From contig JBHEMD010000216.1 in NCBI GenBank assembly GCA_046262735.1, forward strand, positions 3,459 through 67,458: a stretch of 64,000 bases of DNA. Reading direction: 5' to 3'. Source of the DNA: Chthoniobacterales bacterium (lineage in GTDB: Bacteria > Verrucomicrobiota > Verrucomicrobiia > Chthoniobacterales > UBA10450). A model generated the notes under the pieces. That model was not told the origin of the DNA. It saw only the letters and a program-made list of their open reading frames with translations, and ran no database searches. The translations under genes and the position numbers were made by a program. Of this stretch, positions 49,764 to 60,047 are shown piece after piece. Positions within the stretch are counted from its first letter, which is position 1; each line of letters starts with the position of its first letter.

Positions 49764-50329
49764 GTGAGAAATTCGATGTTCGAGCCCGGCAGAACCTGGC
49801 GGATCAGCTGGTATTTTATGGCGCTGGCAGTGTTCGCCATTGTTCTGGCAATCCGGGTTCGGCTACTTCCAATGCTGCTCGAGCGCGACGAAGTCCGTTC
49901 CCGGAATCGGTCAGGATCGCCGACTACGTTCGTGAGCATACTGAGCCGACTGACACGATCGCGGTGCTGGGATCGGAACCGCAGATTTATTTTTACGCCA
50001 AGCGACATTCAGCGATCGGGTACATTTACATGTCTGGATTAATGGAACCGCACAAGTACGCGCGCCAGATTCAAATCGAGACGATTCACGAGATCGAAGC
50101 GGTGAGGCCAAAATATCTCATTTCAGTCGTGATGGAAGATTCCTGGCTGGCGCGACCGGCATCCAATCGGCAAATCTTCGGCTGGGCGAACCAATACGCG
50201 GCACAATATTACGATGTCGCGGGCTTCGTGAACATCACGCCTGGCAAGTCGGACTATTACTTCAATGATGTGCCGAAAGCGCTCCCACAGCTCGGAGATT
50301 ATATTTTCATCTACAAGCGCAGACCCTGA
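49764..50329 (+). pseudogene. remnant of a GT-C (ArnT-like) glycosyltransferase gene: N-terminal stub joined out of frame to a C-terminal soluble domain
   Basis: Frame 0 gives WRISWYFMALAVFAIVLAIRVRLLPMLLERDE and then junk. Frame 2 from about 49895 gives FPESVRIADYVREHTEPTDTIAVLGSEPQIYFYAKRHSAIGYIYMSGLMEP... to 50329. The whole multi-TM core is missing. Confidence 0.5.
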
Positions 50330-50345
50330 ACCCCCTGCGCCATCA

Positions 50346-52268
50346 ATGCACGTCATGCCAACGCGTCTGCGCCGTGTGAACACTCAAGCATTGAGTGTCG
50401 CGCAAACACCTTATCGCTGGCTTGTCCTCGCGATAGCCATTTCGATTGCGGCACTCACCTGGTTGGTTTTTGGGCAGACGCTGCGGCACGATTTCGTCAA
50501 CTACGACGATCACCGCTACGTTTACGAGAACACAAAAATAACTGCGGGCCTGAGCGCGAGCGCGATCGCCTGGGCCTTCAGCCACATTCATTCCGAGAAC
50601 TGGCATCCGCTCACAACGATTTCGCACATGCTGGACTGCCAGCTGTACGGGTTGAAGCCAGGCGGACATCATTTCAGCAATGTGCTCCTGCATGCGACCG
50701 CAGCGATTCTTCTCTTCGTCGCGCTTTGGCAAATGAATGGGGCTTTATGGCGCAGCGCATTTGTTGCGGCGATTTTCGCCGTTCATCCTCTGCACGTCGA
50801 GTCGGTCGCGTGGATCGCCGAACGCAAAGACGTGTTAAGCGCGGTGTTTTTCATGCTGACCCTGCTTGCCTATCGCCAATACGCACGTGCGCCAGGCTTC
50901 TGGCGTTACCTCGCTGTCGTGTTCCTGTTCGCCTGCGGGCTAATGTCAAAAGCGATGCTCGTGACAGTGCCATTTGTTCTTTTGCTTTTGGATTACTGGC
51001 CGCTGAAGAGGTTCCAATCACGGACAAGATCGACAATCGCAAGAATAATCGCGGAAAAGGTCCCACTCGTTGTGCTCGCGAGTGTGTCCGGGATCGTCAC
51101 ATTTCTGGCGCAGAACCCCGCCATTGCCCAAACTGAGCAACTGCCAATTTCATCACGTATCAACAATGCGCTGGTGAGCTACGTTGCTTACATCTGGCAA
51201 ATGCTCTGGCCGGCGAAGCTCGCCGTTTTCTATCCGCATCCGGAAAACCGACTCCCGATCTGGCAAGTCGTGGCGGCTGCGGTCGCGCTCATCGCCTTCA
51301 CTGCGTTCGCCCTCGCCCTGCGCAAAAGACGTCCTTACCTCATCGTTGGCTGGCTCTGGTATATCGGAATGCTGATTCCGGTAATCGGCATACTGCAAGT
51401 GGGGTGGCAAGGCCACGCCGACCGATACACTTATCTGCCGCAAATCGGTCTTTACATTTTGATTGCCTGGAGTGTTGGCGATCTGACAGCCAGGTCGCGG
51501 CACGTCAGGCAAATCGTGGCTCTGGGGGTGGCAGCACTTATCGCAGCGTGTGCCTGGCCTGCCCGGATTCAGACTTCCTACTGGCGTAACAGCGAAACGC
51601 TCTGGGTGCATACACTCGCTTCCACCAACAACAACGACGTCGCCGAGAACAACCTCGGCATTGTCCTGCTCCAGAAGGGCCGAGTGGACGAAGCAATCCC
51701 CCGTTTCGAACGCGCGATCGAAATCCGGCCCGAGAATGCGCCAGCCCACGACAACCTGGCGAAAAGTTTTCTGCGAAACGGAAAGTTAGCGGATGCAATG
51801 GCGGAGTATCGCAAGCTTCTCGAGATTCAGCCTGAAAACGTCGAAGCGCATAATATCATGGGCACTGTGCTCATCCAACAAGGGCGCATCAGAGAGGCCA
51901 TCGAACAATGGCAGGAAGCGTTAAAGATCAATTCAGCGAATGGGAACGCGAAAAGCAATCTGGCATGGGTGTTCGCCACGTGCCCGGACGAATCGGTCCG
52001 CGATGCGAACAGGGCCGTTCAGCTGGCCGAAGACGCGCTGCGCCTTTCCGGCGGCAAAAACGCCCTCGTCCTGCGCACGCTCGCCGCGGCTTACGCGGAG
52101 AGCGGTCGCTTCACTGAAGCGGTCGAAACGGCGCGGCGCGCTGCGGAATTGGCGAAGCAACAGGGCAACACTGGATTGGCCGCCGAGCTCGAAAGCAGTA
52201 TTGCGCTTTACCAAAGCGGTGGAGCGCTGCGCGACCCGAGCCTCACTACGAAAGCGGTTCCGCCCTAG
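50346..52268 (+). CDS. GT-C + TPR (TMTC-like) membrane protein, paralogue 2
   Basis: DFVNYDDHRYVYEN acidic loop and multiple TM helices, then TPR repeats. Start at MHVMPTRL avoids overlap with the remnant gene. Confidence 0.8.
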   Translation: MHVMPTRLRRVNTQALSVAQTPYRWLVLAIAISIAALTWLVFGQTLRHDFVNYDDHRYVYENTKITAGLSASAIAWAFSHIHSENWHPLTTISHMLDCQLYGLKPGGHHFSNVLLHATAAILLFVALWQMNGALWRSAFVAAIFAVHPLHVESVAWIAERKDVLSAVFFMLTLLAYRQYARAPGFWRYLAVVFLFACGLMSKAMLVTVPFVLLLLDYWPLKRFQSRTRSTIARIIAEKVPLVVLASVSGIVTFLAQNPAIAQTEQLPISSRINNALVSYVAYIWQMLWPAKLAVFYPHPENRLPIWQVVAAAVALIAFTAFALALRKRRPYLIVGWLWYIGMLIPVIGILQVGWQGHADRYTYLPQIGLYILIAWSVGDLTARSRHVRQIVALGVAALIAACAWPARIQTSYWRNSETLWVHTLASTNNNDVAENNLGIVLLQKGRVDEAIPRFERAIEIRPENAPAHDNLAKSFLRNGKLADAMAEYRKLLEIQPENVEAHNIMGTVLIQQGRIREAIEQWQEALKINSANGNAKSNLAWVFATCPDESVRDANRAVQLAEDALRLSGGKNALVLRTLAAAYAESGRFTEAVETARRAAELAKQQGNTGLAAELESSIALYQSGGALRDPSLTTKAVPP

Positions 52269-54484
52269 CGGGGCTGCGACCCTGCTGCCGGCTCCCTGTG
52301 GTAAGCGGAGCCCAAGCGGTAGAGCGCGATTTCGTTCCGAAGCGCGTTTGCCAGCAGTCCAGTATCTTGCAACTGGAGCGCTCGTTCTGCCGCGTCCACC
52401 GCATCGCTGAATCGCCCGGCCTCGGCATACGCCGCAGCAAGAATCCGCAGGACAACCGGCTGATTGCCGCCTGAAAGGCGACTAGCTTGTTCCGCCATCG
52501 CAACTGCTTCCGGTCCATTTCGGAGCAGTGGGTCGGAAGCAGTTGCGAGCAGCCACGCCAGATTGCTTTGTGCAGCCGCGTGATTCGGCGCGAGAGCGAG
52601 CGCCTTTCGGTACTCGGCAATCGCTTCCGCGATTTGGCCTTTCTGCAGAAGAGCCGATCCGAGATTGGCGTGAGCGTCTGCGTTCTGCGGCATCAGCTCG
52701 AGCGTCTTTTTGTAATGCGCGGTTGCCTCGTCGGTTCGGCCTTTGCGAAGCAGCGCATTCGCGACGTTGTAGTGCGCTTCCGGCTGCTCGGGCGAGATGG
52801 TCAAGCCTGCCAAATAGCGTACGATTGCACCATCGACATCGCCTTTGAAGAGCAGCGCGTCTGCGAGGTTAATGCACGCTCCGGCGTGGTTCGGGTGCAT
52901 CGTCAACGTTTGTTCGTACTGGGCGATTGCCTCATCCAGCCGTCCACTCTCGAAAAGCGCTAGGCCCAGATTGTTGTGGGCTTCTCCATCCGCTGGATTG
53001 ATGAGCAACGCCTTCGTGTAATGTCCAATTGCGTCGTCGAGCTCGCCTTTATCGACTAGAAGACGGGCAAGATTGTAATGTGCTTCGGCATAATTTGGCC
53101 GTAGTGCGATGGCCTGGCGGTAATGCGAAATAGCTTCGTCACTTTCGCCGCGCCCCCGCAGAACGATGCCCAGGTTGTAATGTGCCATCCAACACCCGGA
53201 ATTTTCCGCCAGCGTGCGGGTGTACAACGTCACGAGATCGCGATACACGAGCGTTTGCCGCCACGTTAAAACGCCGAGCACGAACAGAACCGCTCCAGCG
53301 AGCGCCGGCCGCAAAAGTGATCTCCACCTGAGCCGATCAATTGCAGTGGTGATCGCAGCGCCCGTCAAGGCGAGCGGCCCCATGCTGGCCAGATACTGAA
53401 AATGGTCGCTCACAAACGAGTAACGAAAGAAATAGACGTTGAAAAAGCCTAGGACCGGAAAAAGGGCGGCAACGAAATAGAGAGCGGCAAGGAGGACTGG
53501 CCGCCGCCATGGTGAGCGGACCAACCACAGAGCGGCCAGCGCTGCGAATGCCGCGACCAGCGGCAGATAGGCTGCCAGATGCGAAGAATTAATCGGCCAG
53601 CGGGGATAAATAAAGATCAGCGGATGCGGCCACAAAAGTTTGCCCGTATAAAACCAGATTGCCCGCCCAGCGATAATCAACCGCTCGAGCGGCGTTTGCG
53701 CCCATTCATGGCCGGTCGCGCCGGCGTGAAATTTCTGTTCCCAGATTGTCCAGACGCTGGCCGCAACGGACACGAGCGCAAAAGGAACAATGCTCGCAAC
53801 GTCCATGGCGCCGATCCGCCTTTTTCGCCACCAAAGACAGAGAGCAATTACCACCGGCAACATCACGGTGGAAGGTTTGCTGAGGATGGCGAAGACAAAA
53901 AATAGGAGTGAAAGAATCCATCGCCACCAACGGCCGCGCTTTTCGTTCTGTGCGTCGAAGTTCAAGTAAAACAAGATCGACATGAGATAGAACAATGCAG
54001 ACTGCGTATTCTTCAGCTCCGTTATCCACGCGACCGACTGCACCATTACCGGATGCAGCGCCCAAAGCGCGGCCCCGAGCCACGCTCCGGTGATACTGAG
54101 CTGCCGCAGCACGCGCCACAGCAGCACGGCCGAGATAGCATGCATGACGACGTTGAGGGCATGATACGGCCAGGGCGCCAGGCCGACGAGCTTGTGCAGA
54201 ATCCAAAACGTCGTCAGCACCAGCGGATAGTAAACCGCACGCGTCGTCGTCCAGATTTCCTTTAATCCCAGCGGCCCAATCACGCACGGATTCTGCGTGA
54301 CGTGGGCTTCGTCATCCCAAATAAAATCGAAGCGAACGACCCGGGAATAGGCCACGCACACGAGCACAACCAGAACTAAAGCCGCCAGCCACTGTCCCCG
54401 TGTCGTTCGGAACAACGACGCAGAAGGTTGGCGCATTATTGATCGCGATGCGTTCACGATCGGGTGTGCTGTTGATGAATCCAC
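52265..54484 (-). CDS. GT-C + TPR (TMTC-like) membrane protein, paralogue 3
   Basis: FDFIWDDEAHVTQNP acidic loop and about 11 TM helices, then about 9 TPR repeats. Its 3' end overlaps paralogue 2 by 4 nt (convergent). Confidence 0.8.
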   Translation of the reverse strand: MDSSTAHPIVNASRSIMRQPSASLFRTTRGQWLAALVLVVLVCVAYSRVVRFDFIWDDEAHVTQNPCVIGPLGLKEIWTTTRAVYYPLVLTTFWILHKLVGLAPWPYHALNVVMHAISAVLLWRVLRQLSITGAWLGAALWALHPVMVQSVAWITELKNTQSALFYLMSILFYLNFDAQNEKRGRWWRWILSLLFFVFAILSKPSTVMLPVVIALCLWWRKRRIGAMDVASIVPFALVSVAASVWTIWEQKFHAGATGHEWAQTPLERLIIAGRAIWFYTGKLLWPHPLIFIYPRWPINSSHLAAYLPLVAAFAALAALWLVRSPWRRPVLLAALYFVAALFPVLGFFNVYFFRYSFVSDHFQYLASMGPLALTGAAITTAIDRLRWRSLLRPALAGAVLFVLGVLTWRQTLVYRDLVTLYTRTLAENSGCWMAHYNLGIVLRGRGESDEAISHYRQAIALRPNYAEAHYNLARLLVDKGELDDAIGHYTKALLINPADGEAHNNLGLALFESGRLDEAIAQYEQTLTMHPNHAGACINLADALLFKGDVDGAIVRYLAGLTISPEQPEAHYNVANALLRKGRTDEATAHYKKTLELMPQNADAHANLGSALLQKGQIAEAIAEYRKALALAPNHAAAQSNLAWLLATASDPLLRNGPEAVAMAEQASRLSGGNQPVVLRILAAAYAEAGRFSDAVDAAERALQLQDTGLLANALRNEIALYRLGSAYHREPAAGSQPR

Positions 54485-54517
54485 GCGCGGCTAAATTGAC
54501 CGCAGCGCTTCAGCGCT

Positions 54518-56455
54518 TCAGCGCAACGGCCAAAGCGAGTAAGCGTCGCTCTGTTTGGCAACGCGCAGGTTCTCCTCTGCTTCCGGAAAGTCAGGATGCA
54601 GACGCAACGCTTCTTCGAATTGCACGATCGCTTCGGAGACTTTGCCTTCGCGCATGAGGATTTTTCCCAGGAAATTGTGCGGCTGGGCAAGCTTGCGGTC
54701 GATTCGGCTCGCCTCCTGGTAATGCGCTTTTGCTTCCTGCCACTCGCCGTTCTCGACCAGCGCGGTGGCAAGATCGACATGTGCATCGGGCAGGCGAGGA
54801 TCGAGCTCGACCGCGCGCCGATAGTTCGCGATCGCGTCGTCGAGTTTGCCTTGCTTTTCGAGGAACGCGCCATAGCTCTGCCACGCCAGCGCCGACCGGG
54901 GATTGGCACGAATAGCAGCTTCGCATTCCGCCGCTGCTTTCTCGATTTGGCCGAGTCGCTCCAGAACGAAGGCATAGCCCGAGTGATACTCACCGTTATT
55001 GGGGTCGACCCGCAAGGCCGCTTGGAAATGAGTTTGCGCCTCCTCGAGTTGGCCTTTGCCAATCAGAACCCCGGCAAGATTGACATGCGCCTTTGCCGAG
55101 TTGGGATTGACCCGTAATGCCGTGGAAAATTCAGCCGCCGCTTCATCGGGCCGATTCGCATCCTGCAAGGCTGTGCCGTAGTTGACGTGCGCACGTGCGC
55201 TGGTCGGAAGATCGGCCACGATGGCAGCGAGACGATTCAGTTGGGTTCGCGGCGAATGCACCTCTGTAAACCAGAGTATTCCGAGCGGGATGACGAAGAC
55301 ACCGACCCATTTGACGCCGTGCACCAGCCAACTCGGCAGAAAACCGCTGCTCGATGAGTCGGGTGTGGCGCCACCACTGATACCGAGCGATTGGCGGGTG
55401 GATTTCTCGCGCACCTTCCAGATAAAACCGTCGTAATAGAAATGCAGCAGCGCTGACGCCGTAACTACCCCTGTCAGGATGCGTTTGAGGGAATCGACGC
55501 CGATAGACGACTTGAAATAACCAAGCGCGCCGTAGGCCAGAACCAGGCCGATGTAAACACCGACAAGCGAGCCACTGCGCCGGAAAACAAAACGCATGAA
55601 TCCGCTGATCGAACTGTCGGCTTCGACGCGTTTGCGGTTGTAGATCCAGACAAGCGAGAGGTACTGCACATCGTGAAAAACCTCGAACAAAGCGACGCCA
55701 ACCAAGACGCTCGCGACGATGTTGTTGCAGTACCACCAGAAGGCGATGCTCGTGACGAGGAGCGCAAGCTTGACCGGGTTCGGCCGTTTCCCGCTCGACC
55801 ACATCCAGACAAAATTCGCAAGAAACAGGGCTGAAATGATGAGCGCGAACGTGAGCGCTGCCTGTTGGCCGGCACGAAAAAGGTCCGGCGAAATGAACGG
55901 CCCCCCGGCCGAGTAATAGCTGTCCAGGGTATCAGTCATTCGCTGCGGCGAAAGTAGGACCGCGGTTATAAACCAAACCGCACAAAGCGCGAAATCCAGC
56001 CGACGCGTCAGGCTCGCGAAGGAACCTACTTTGGCGTCGTAAATGCGGCAGAACCCATACGTCTGCATCATGCCGTGCCACACACCCCAGATAAAGGTGA
56101 CCAGCACGATTCCCTTGAGGTCCCAGAAGAAAAATGTCGCGCACACGGCGATTAGAAAAACCGGCGCGAAAATGAAGCGCCACTTGAACCGCTTGAATAG
56201 CGCCCGGTCGCCATAAGCGCGGATCATTCCGGGCAGGTGGTGACCCATTGCCCCAAACGCGGCGACGAAGAGATAAATATCTTCCGGGCCCCATCGCGTT
56301 TGTGCCACGAGGAAAATCGGAATGATCAACAGCGGGGTGCAGACGTAGAGAACCAGGTCGCGCCAACTATCGAGAATCCACAGAGCCGATTTGCGCGCCG
56401 CGGCCGGCGCCGTTGGAACCGTTTCCGGACGTGAAAACGCGGAGAGAAGCTGCAT
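54518..56455 (-). CDS. polytopic His-rich membrane domain of unknown family fused to TPR repeats
   Basis: About 380 aa with about 10 TM helices carrying GHHLPGMIRAYGD, WHGMMQTYGF, FHDVQYLSL and LHFYYDGF, then about 7 TPR repeats. There is no DD/DE GT-C loop. Confidence 0.7.
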   Translation of the reverse strand: MQLLSAFSRPETVPTAPAAARKSALWILDSWRDLVLYVCTPLLIIPIFLVAQTRWGPEDIYLFVAAFGAMGHHLPGMIRAYGDRALFKRFKWRFIFAPVFLIAVCATFFFWDLKGIVLVTFIWGVWHGMMQTYGFCRIYDAKVGSFASLTRRLDFALCAVWFITAVLLSPQRMTDTLDSYYSAGGPFISPDLFRAGQQAALTFALIISALFLANFVWMWSSGKRPNPVKLALLVTSIAFWWYCNNIVASVLVGVALFEVFHDVQYLSLVWIYNRKRVEADSSISGFMRFVFRRSGSLVGVYIGLVLAYGALGYFKSSIGVDSLKRILTGVVTASALLHFYYDGFIWKVREKSTRQSLGISGGATPDSSSSGFLPSWLVHGVKWVGVFVIPLGILWFTEVHSPRTQLNRLAAIVADLPTSARAHVNYGTALQDANRPDEAAAEFSTALRVNPNSAKAHVNLAGVLIGKGQLEEAQTHFQAALRVDPNNGEYHSGYAFVLERLGQIEKAAAECEAAIRANPRSALAWQSYGAFLEKQGKLDDAIANYRRAVELDPRLPDAHVDLATALVENGEWQEAKAHYQEASRIDRKLAQPHNFLGKILMREGKVSEAIVQFEEALRLHPDFPEAEENLRVAKQSDAYSLWPLR

Positions 56456-56571
56456 TGGCGTCTAGGGGAAACGAGTGTGGCTCAACAGATGAGCAAAATC
56501 AATCCTGAGCTCGTCGGGAGACCCGCCGGTGATTGTCGACTTAGCGGCCGCGGGTTTGCCAATCGCTGGCA

Positions 56572-56610
56572 GCAAAAACGAAACGGCCGGGCCTACGAGA
56601 GGCCCGGCCG
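56572..56610 (-). terminator. intrinsic terminator of the TonB-dependent receptor gene
   Basis: On the minus strand, CGGCCGGGCCT-ctcgt-AGGCCCGGCCG forms a perfect 11-bp stem followed by TTTCGTTTTT. Confidence 0.7.
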
Positions 56611-56634
56611 CTGTGAATCGGTTTCGTCTCCGGC

Positions 56635-59600
56635 TTAGAACACTTTCTTCAGCCCGACGTACCAGTACCGGCCTTTGATCGTGGTGAGGGATTCATCGTA
56701 ACCGTTCTCGAAGGCGCCGGCCACAAAGGGCGGATCTTCGTCGGTCAAGTTTTGCATCCCGAGCTGAATCGTTGTCTGATTCAGCCACGCGCGCCAGCCG
56801 CATGGATTGTACTCGGCTGTGGAGACCGGCAGAACGTTCTTCTCCTTGCCATCGCGCATCCGCACGTTCTTGCCACCTTCCTTGGAGAGACCCGGCACTT
56901 CGGTAGGCGCGGGCGGCGGCAGGTTGAACGTATAGGAGGCGATCAGATCGATGGTAATCCACTCGCGCACTTTGCGGGCGCGTCTCCCCTCTTCGCCAGT
57001 AACAGGATCTGTGCTCGGCGTCTGAGGTTTACCCCCGACCAGCGAGAGATTGTCGTCGTTGTATTGGGCAATCCAGTGAACCACGGTACCGATATCAAAG
57101 CCGGCAAGCCATGTGTCAGCTGGGCCGTCGTAGAACAGGCTGAAGTTAGCGCGATGCCGCGGCAGCGAGCTCGTAAGGCTGAAAGAGGTGGGCAAGAATT
57201 CGCCCGCGATACCGAACATCTTGGTGTCAGGCTGGGGCTGAAGCTCAGCGCGTGACAACCAGGTGCCGTTAACCGTCGTCGTGATTCGGCCAAAGTCGCC
57301 CGCCCCAAAGATCGAACTATCCAGGATGTAGATCGCTTCGTAGTCCAAACCCTCGAAGATGGCGCCGGCAAGGTTCTGGCTCGGATCCAAAACAAGGGTG
57401 ACTGGCCCAAGCTCACCTGGAATGGCGGTCGGACCACGGAGCACCAACCCTGGAAGGTTATGCTCAATGATGAATTGAGCACCGAGGGCCGACACGAGTG
57501 ATCGCATATCAATATGCCACCAGTCGGCACTCAGGGTCAGGCCTTTGATCCACTTCGGGCTGTAAACCGCGCCATAGGTCCATTCGTAGGCGACCTCCGG
57601 CTGCAGGAGAGGGTTTCCAGTAATACGCTCCTCCACCTGTTGCTCGGTTTGGCTCGAGAATGGATCGACCACCGACGGGAAGCTCTGTTGTCCGGCGGGC
57701 GACAATTCTTGGAGTGTCGGAGCGTGAAACGCTTCCGTGTAGCTGCCACGGAAAGTGACGGTCCCGATCCATTTCGGATCAAACGGCTCCCATCGCACCG
57801 AGAACTTCGGCTTCTGCGCGTTATACCTGGTGTGCGCCGCCTTGATCACACTGGTTGCCGAACTGTTCTGGCTGTACCATTCCTCGCGCTCGGCGACATC
57901 GAACTCGAGGTTGTAGGCGCCGATGAAGTTCCAGGTCGGGCTCGTCACGGGGATACGCACTTCCTCGTAGACCGCCCAAACATCGCGGTTCACACGGGAA
58001 CCTTCCGAATCGACCGAACCGATCGTCTGGAACGTCGTATTGAGTGAGTCTGGAATATTCGTCCAACGCTCCCCGTGGTAATCCCCGCCCACCGCGAATG
58101 AGAGCGGACCAGCAGGAAGATTGAACAGGTCGCCATTGATGGTCGCATAATAGATGGGCAACTCGAAGTAGCCGCTGTTGTGCAGATTGACGTAAACTCG
58201 GTTTCTGGCCGCCGCGGTATTGTGGCCTTGGAAACCGAGGAAGGGGTTAAACGCCGTGGCCGGATCGGTATCCAACAGTGCCGCGCGCAAACCGGGCTGG
58301 CTGACCTCACCAAGCGAGATGTCCTCGCCCTCGTTGCGGGCATAGCGGAAACCGGTCTCCCAGTTCCAAGTCTTGAAGTAATCTCCGAACTCACCCATCT
58401 CGCCGCGGAGGCCGACATCGAAAATGATGTCGTTATAGGTGAACCTTTCGTGGCGCGGCCCCGTGTCGTTAAGACTGCGGAAACGCACTCCGGTGGTGAC
58501 CGGGAGGGGCTCGCCGTTAAAGGTCAGTGTCGCATCGGCGACGGTAAATGGATTAAACGCGTTCTGGATCGGAACACTGATGCCAGCGGGACTGAAGTTC
58601 GCGCCCAGGTCACCGCTGCCGCCGATGTGGAACGGATCCGGAGTAAATGGCGCCGCCGCGAGTGACGAATCGAAGAACGAGCGGACATATTTGAAACTGG
58701 AGAACATCACCAGGTATTTGTCGCAAATATCGCGCGTGAACGACGCGTAATAGGCCTGGCGATCTCCAGGCGGAAGCGCCGGGGTGAACGCGGCGAAATT
58801 GAAGAACTGATAGTTGCCATCCGGATAGGGCGCGAGCAATCCGGGGCTGATATAGAACGGAGACGTCTCCGCGTTCGGCGCTGAATGCGGCGGCGGCGAA
58901 GTCGAACCAAAGAACAGTTTCGGGATTAAACGGCGGCTGTGGACACGGCCGGGTTCGTTGCCGCTACGGGCATCGAAGCCGCCAAAATCGACGAAGTTAC
59001 CATTCCCCGAAATGTCGCGGTCGCGGCTGAAAACGCCGTTGAGACGCTGCCAGAAATCGGCAATGACCACGATATCGGTCTTGTCGTCCCCGGTGCCAGC
59101 CTTGATCCACGCTTCCCATTCACCCATTTCATTGGAGGCGCCCAGGTTCGTGTTCCCGTAGGTGCCGCCGATCTCAAGGCCGCGGAATTTGTGGATCAGG
59201 AAGTAGTTCACCACGCCGGCGACAGCGTCGGCACCATAGACAGCCGAAGCGCCATCCTTCAGGATGTCGAGGTGATCAATCATCACGAAGGGAAGGAGCT
59301 GGATGTCGACGCCGCCGTTAAGACCAGCCGAGGCGACGCGTTTTCCATCGACCAGAACCAGTGTCTCCTTTGGCAGGATACCGCGCAGGTTGAACTGAAT
59401 CGTGCCGTCACCGCCGTTACCAATGTTCTGGTTAACCGTGCCGCCGGCCTGTTGCGGAATGAATTCCTGCAGGTCGTTGGCGTTACGGATACCTAACTTT
59501 TCGATGTCCTGCGGGCGATATGTATCGACCGGGTTCGGGCCGGTCTCTTCCGCAGTCGGAATGTTGGAACCGGTCACGATCACGCGCGGGGCCTCTGCCG

Positions 59601-59814
59601 TAGCGCCGGTCGCTGCAGCCGGCTCCGGCGGCAAAGGCGCAGAGGGTTGGCCAAGTGCTGCGGCCGCACCGCTCTCACGCGCGCCCGGTGTTGCTTCCGG
59701 GTTCTGAGCAAACGCGCTCGAACTAAAGATGAGAGGAATTGCAACGGCCGCCGCAAGCGTCGCGCCGACACATCCGAATGTTTTAAACACGATTCTGGTC
59801 ATGAGTTTCTCCAT
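56635..59814 (-). CDS. TonB-dependent outer-membrane receptor
   Basis: Signal peptide. Plug domain (VIVTGSNIPT...DIEKLGIRNANDLQEFIP...FNLRG...LVLVDGKRV). A long beta-barrel ending YWYVGLKKVF. Start at MEKLMTRIVF. Confidence 0.9.
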   Translation of the reverse strand: MEKLMTRIVFKTFGCVGATLAAAVAIPLIFSSSAFAQNPEATPGARESGAAAALGQPSAPLPPEPAAATGATAEAPRVIVTGSNIPTAEETGPNPVDTYRPQDIEKLGIRNANDLQEFIPQQAGGTVNQNIGNGGDGTIQFNLRGILPKETLVLVDGKRVASAGLNGGVDIQLLPFVMIDHLDILKDGASAVYGADAVAGVVNYFLIHKFRGLEIGGTYGNTNLGASNEMGEWEAWIKAGTGDDKTDIVVIADFWQRLNGVFSRDRDISGNGNFVDFGGFDARSGNEPGRVHSRRLIPKLFFGSTSPPPHSAPNAETSPFYISPGLLAPYPDGNYQFFNFAAFTPALPPGDRQAYYASFTRDICDKYLVMFSSFKYVRSFFDSSLAAAPFTPDPFHIGGSGDLGANFSPAGISVPIQNAFNPFTVADATLTFNGEPLPVTTGVRFRSLNDTGPRHERFTYNDIIFDVGLRGEMGEFGDYFKTWNWETGFRYARNEGEDISLGEVSQPGLRAALLDTDPATAFNPFLGFQGHNTAAARNRVYVNLHNSGYFELPIYYATINGDLFNLPAGPLSFAVGGDYHGERWTNIPDSLNTTFQTIGSVDSEGSRVNRDVWAVYEEVRIPVTSPTWNFIGAYNLEFDVAEREEWYSQNSSATSVIKAAHTRYNAQKPKFSVRWEPFDPKWIGTVTFRGSYTEAFHAPTLQELSPAGQQSFPSVVDPFSSQTEQQVEERITGNPLLQPEVAYEWTYGAVYSPKWIKGLTLSADWWHIDMRSLVSALGAQFIIEHNLPGLVLRGPTAIPGELGPVTLVLDPSQNLAGAIFEGLDYEAIYILDSSIFGAGDFGRITTTVNGTWLSRAELQPQPDTKMFGIAGEFLPTSFSLTSSLPRHRANFSLFYDGPADTWLAGFDIGTVVHWIAQYNDDNLSLVGGKPQTPSTDPVTGEEGRRARKVREWITIDLIASYTFNLPPPAPTEVPGLSKEGGKNVRMRDGKEKNVLPVSTAEYNPCGWRAWLNQTTIQLGMQNLTDEDPPFVAGAFENGYDESLTTIKGRYWYVGLKKVF

Positions 59815-60047
59815 GGGTTTGGTTAGGTTTCGGTAGGGATATTGAATGCCCTGGGGTCTGACAAGACTTTTTTTCACTTTTTTTTGAACGGGCGCACCGG
59901 GCTGTTTGTCACCCCGGATTCGCCATTCGCGCCCTTGTAGCGGATTCGCTACGCCCTGCCTAGTAAAATTTTCAAAAAAATTTCGGGCGCCCCGGCTCAC
60001 GCGTTGCCGCCCAGCCACAATTCCGCGCGCGGATTGATTCCGCCACG

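Noticed and set aside
59815-60047. Possible cobalamin or other riboswitch in the 233-nt leader of the TonB-dependent receptor
   Set aside because: I could not find a B12-box or other conserved riboswitch core reading the minus strand. Only small local hairpins are present (for example GTAGCG-aatc-CGCTAC). A covariance-model scan would be needed to settle it.
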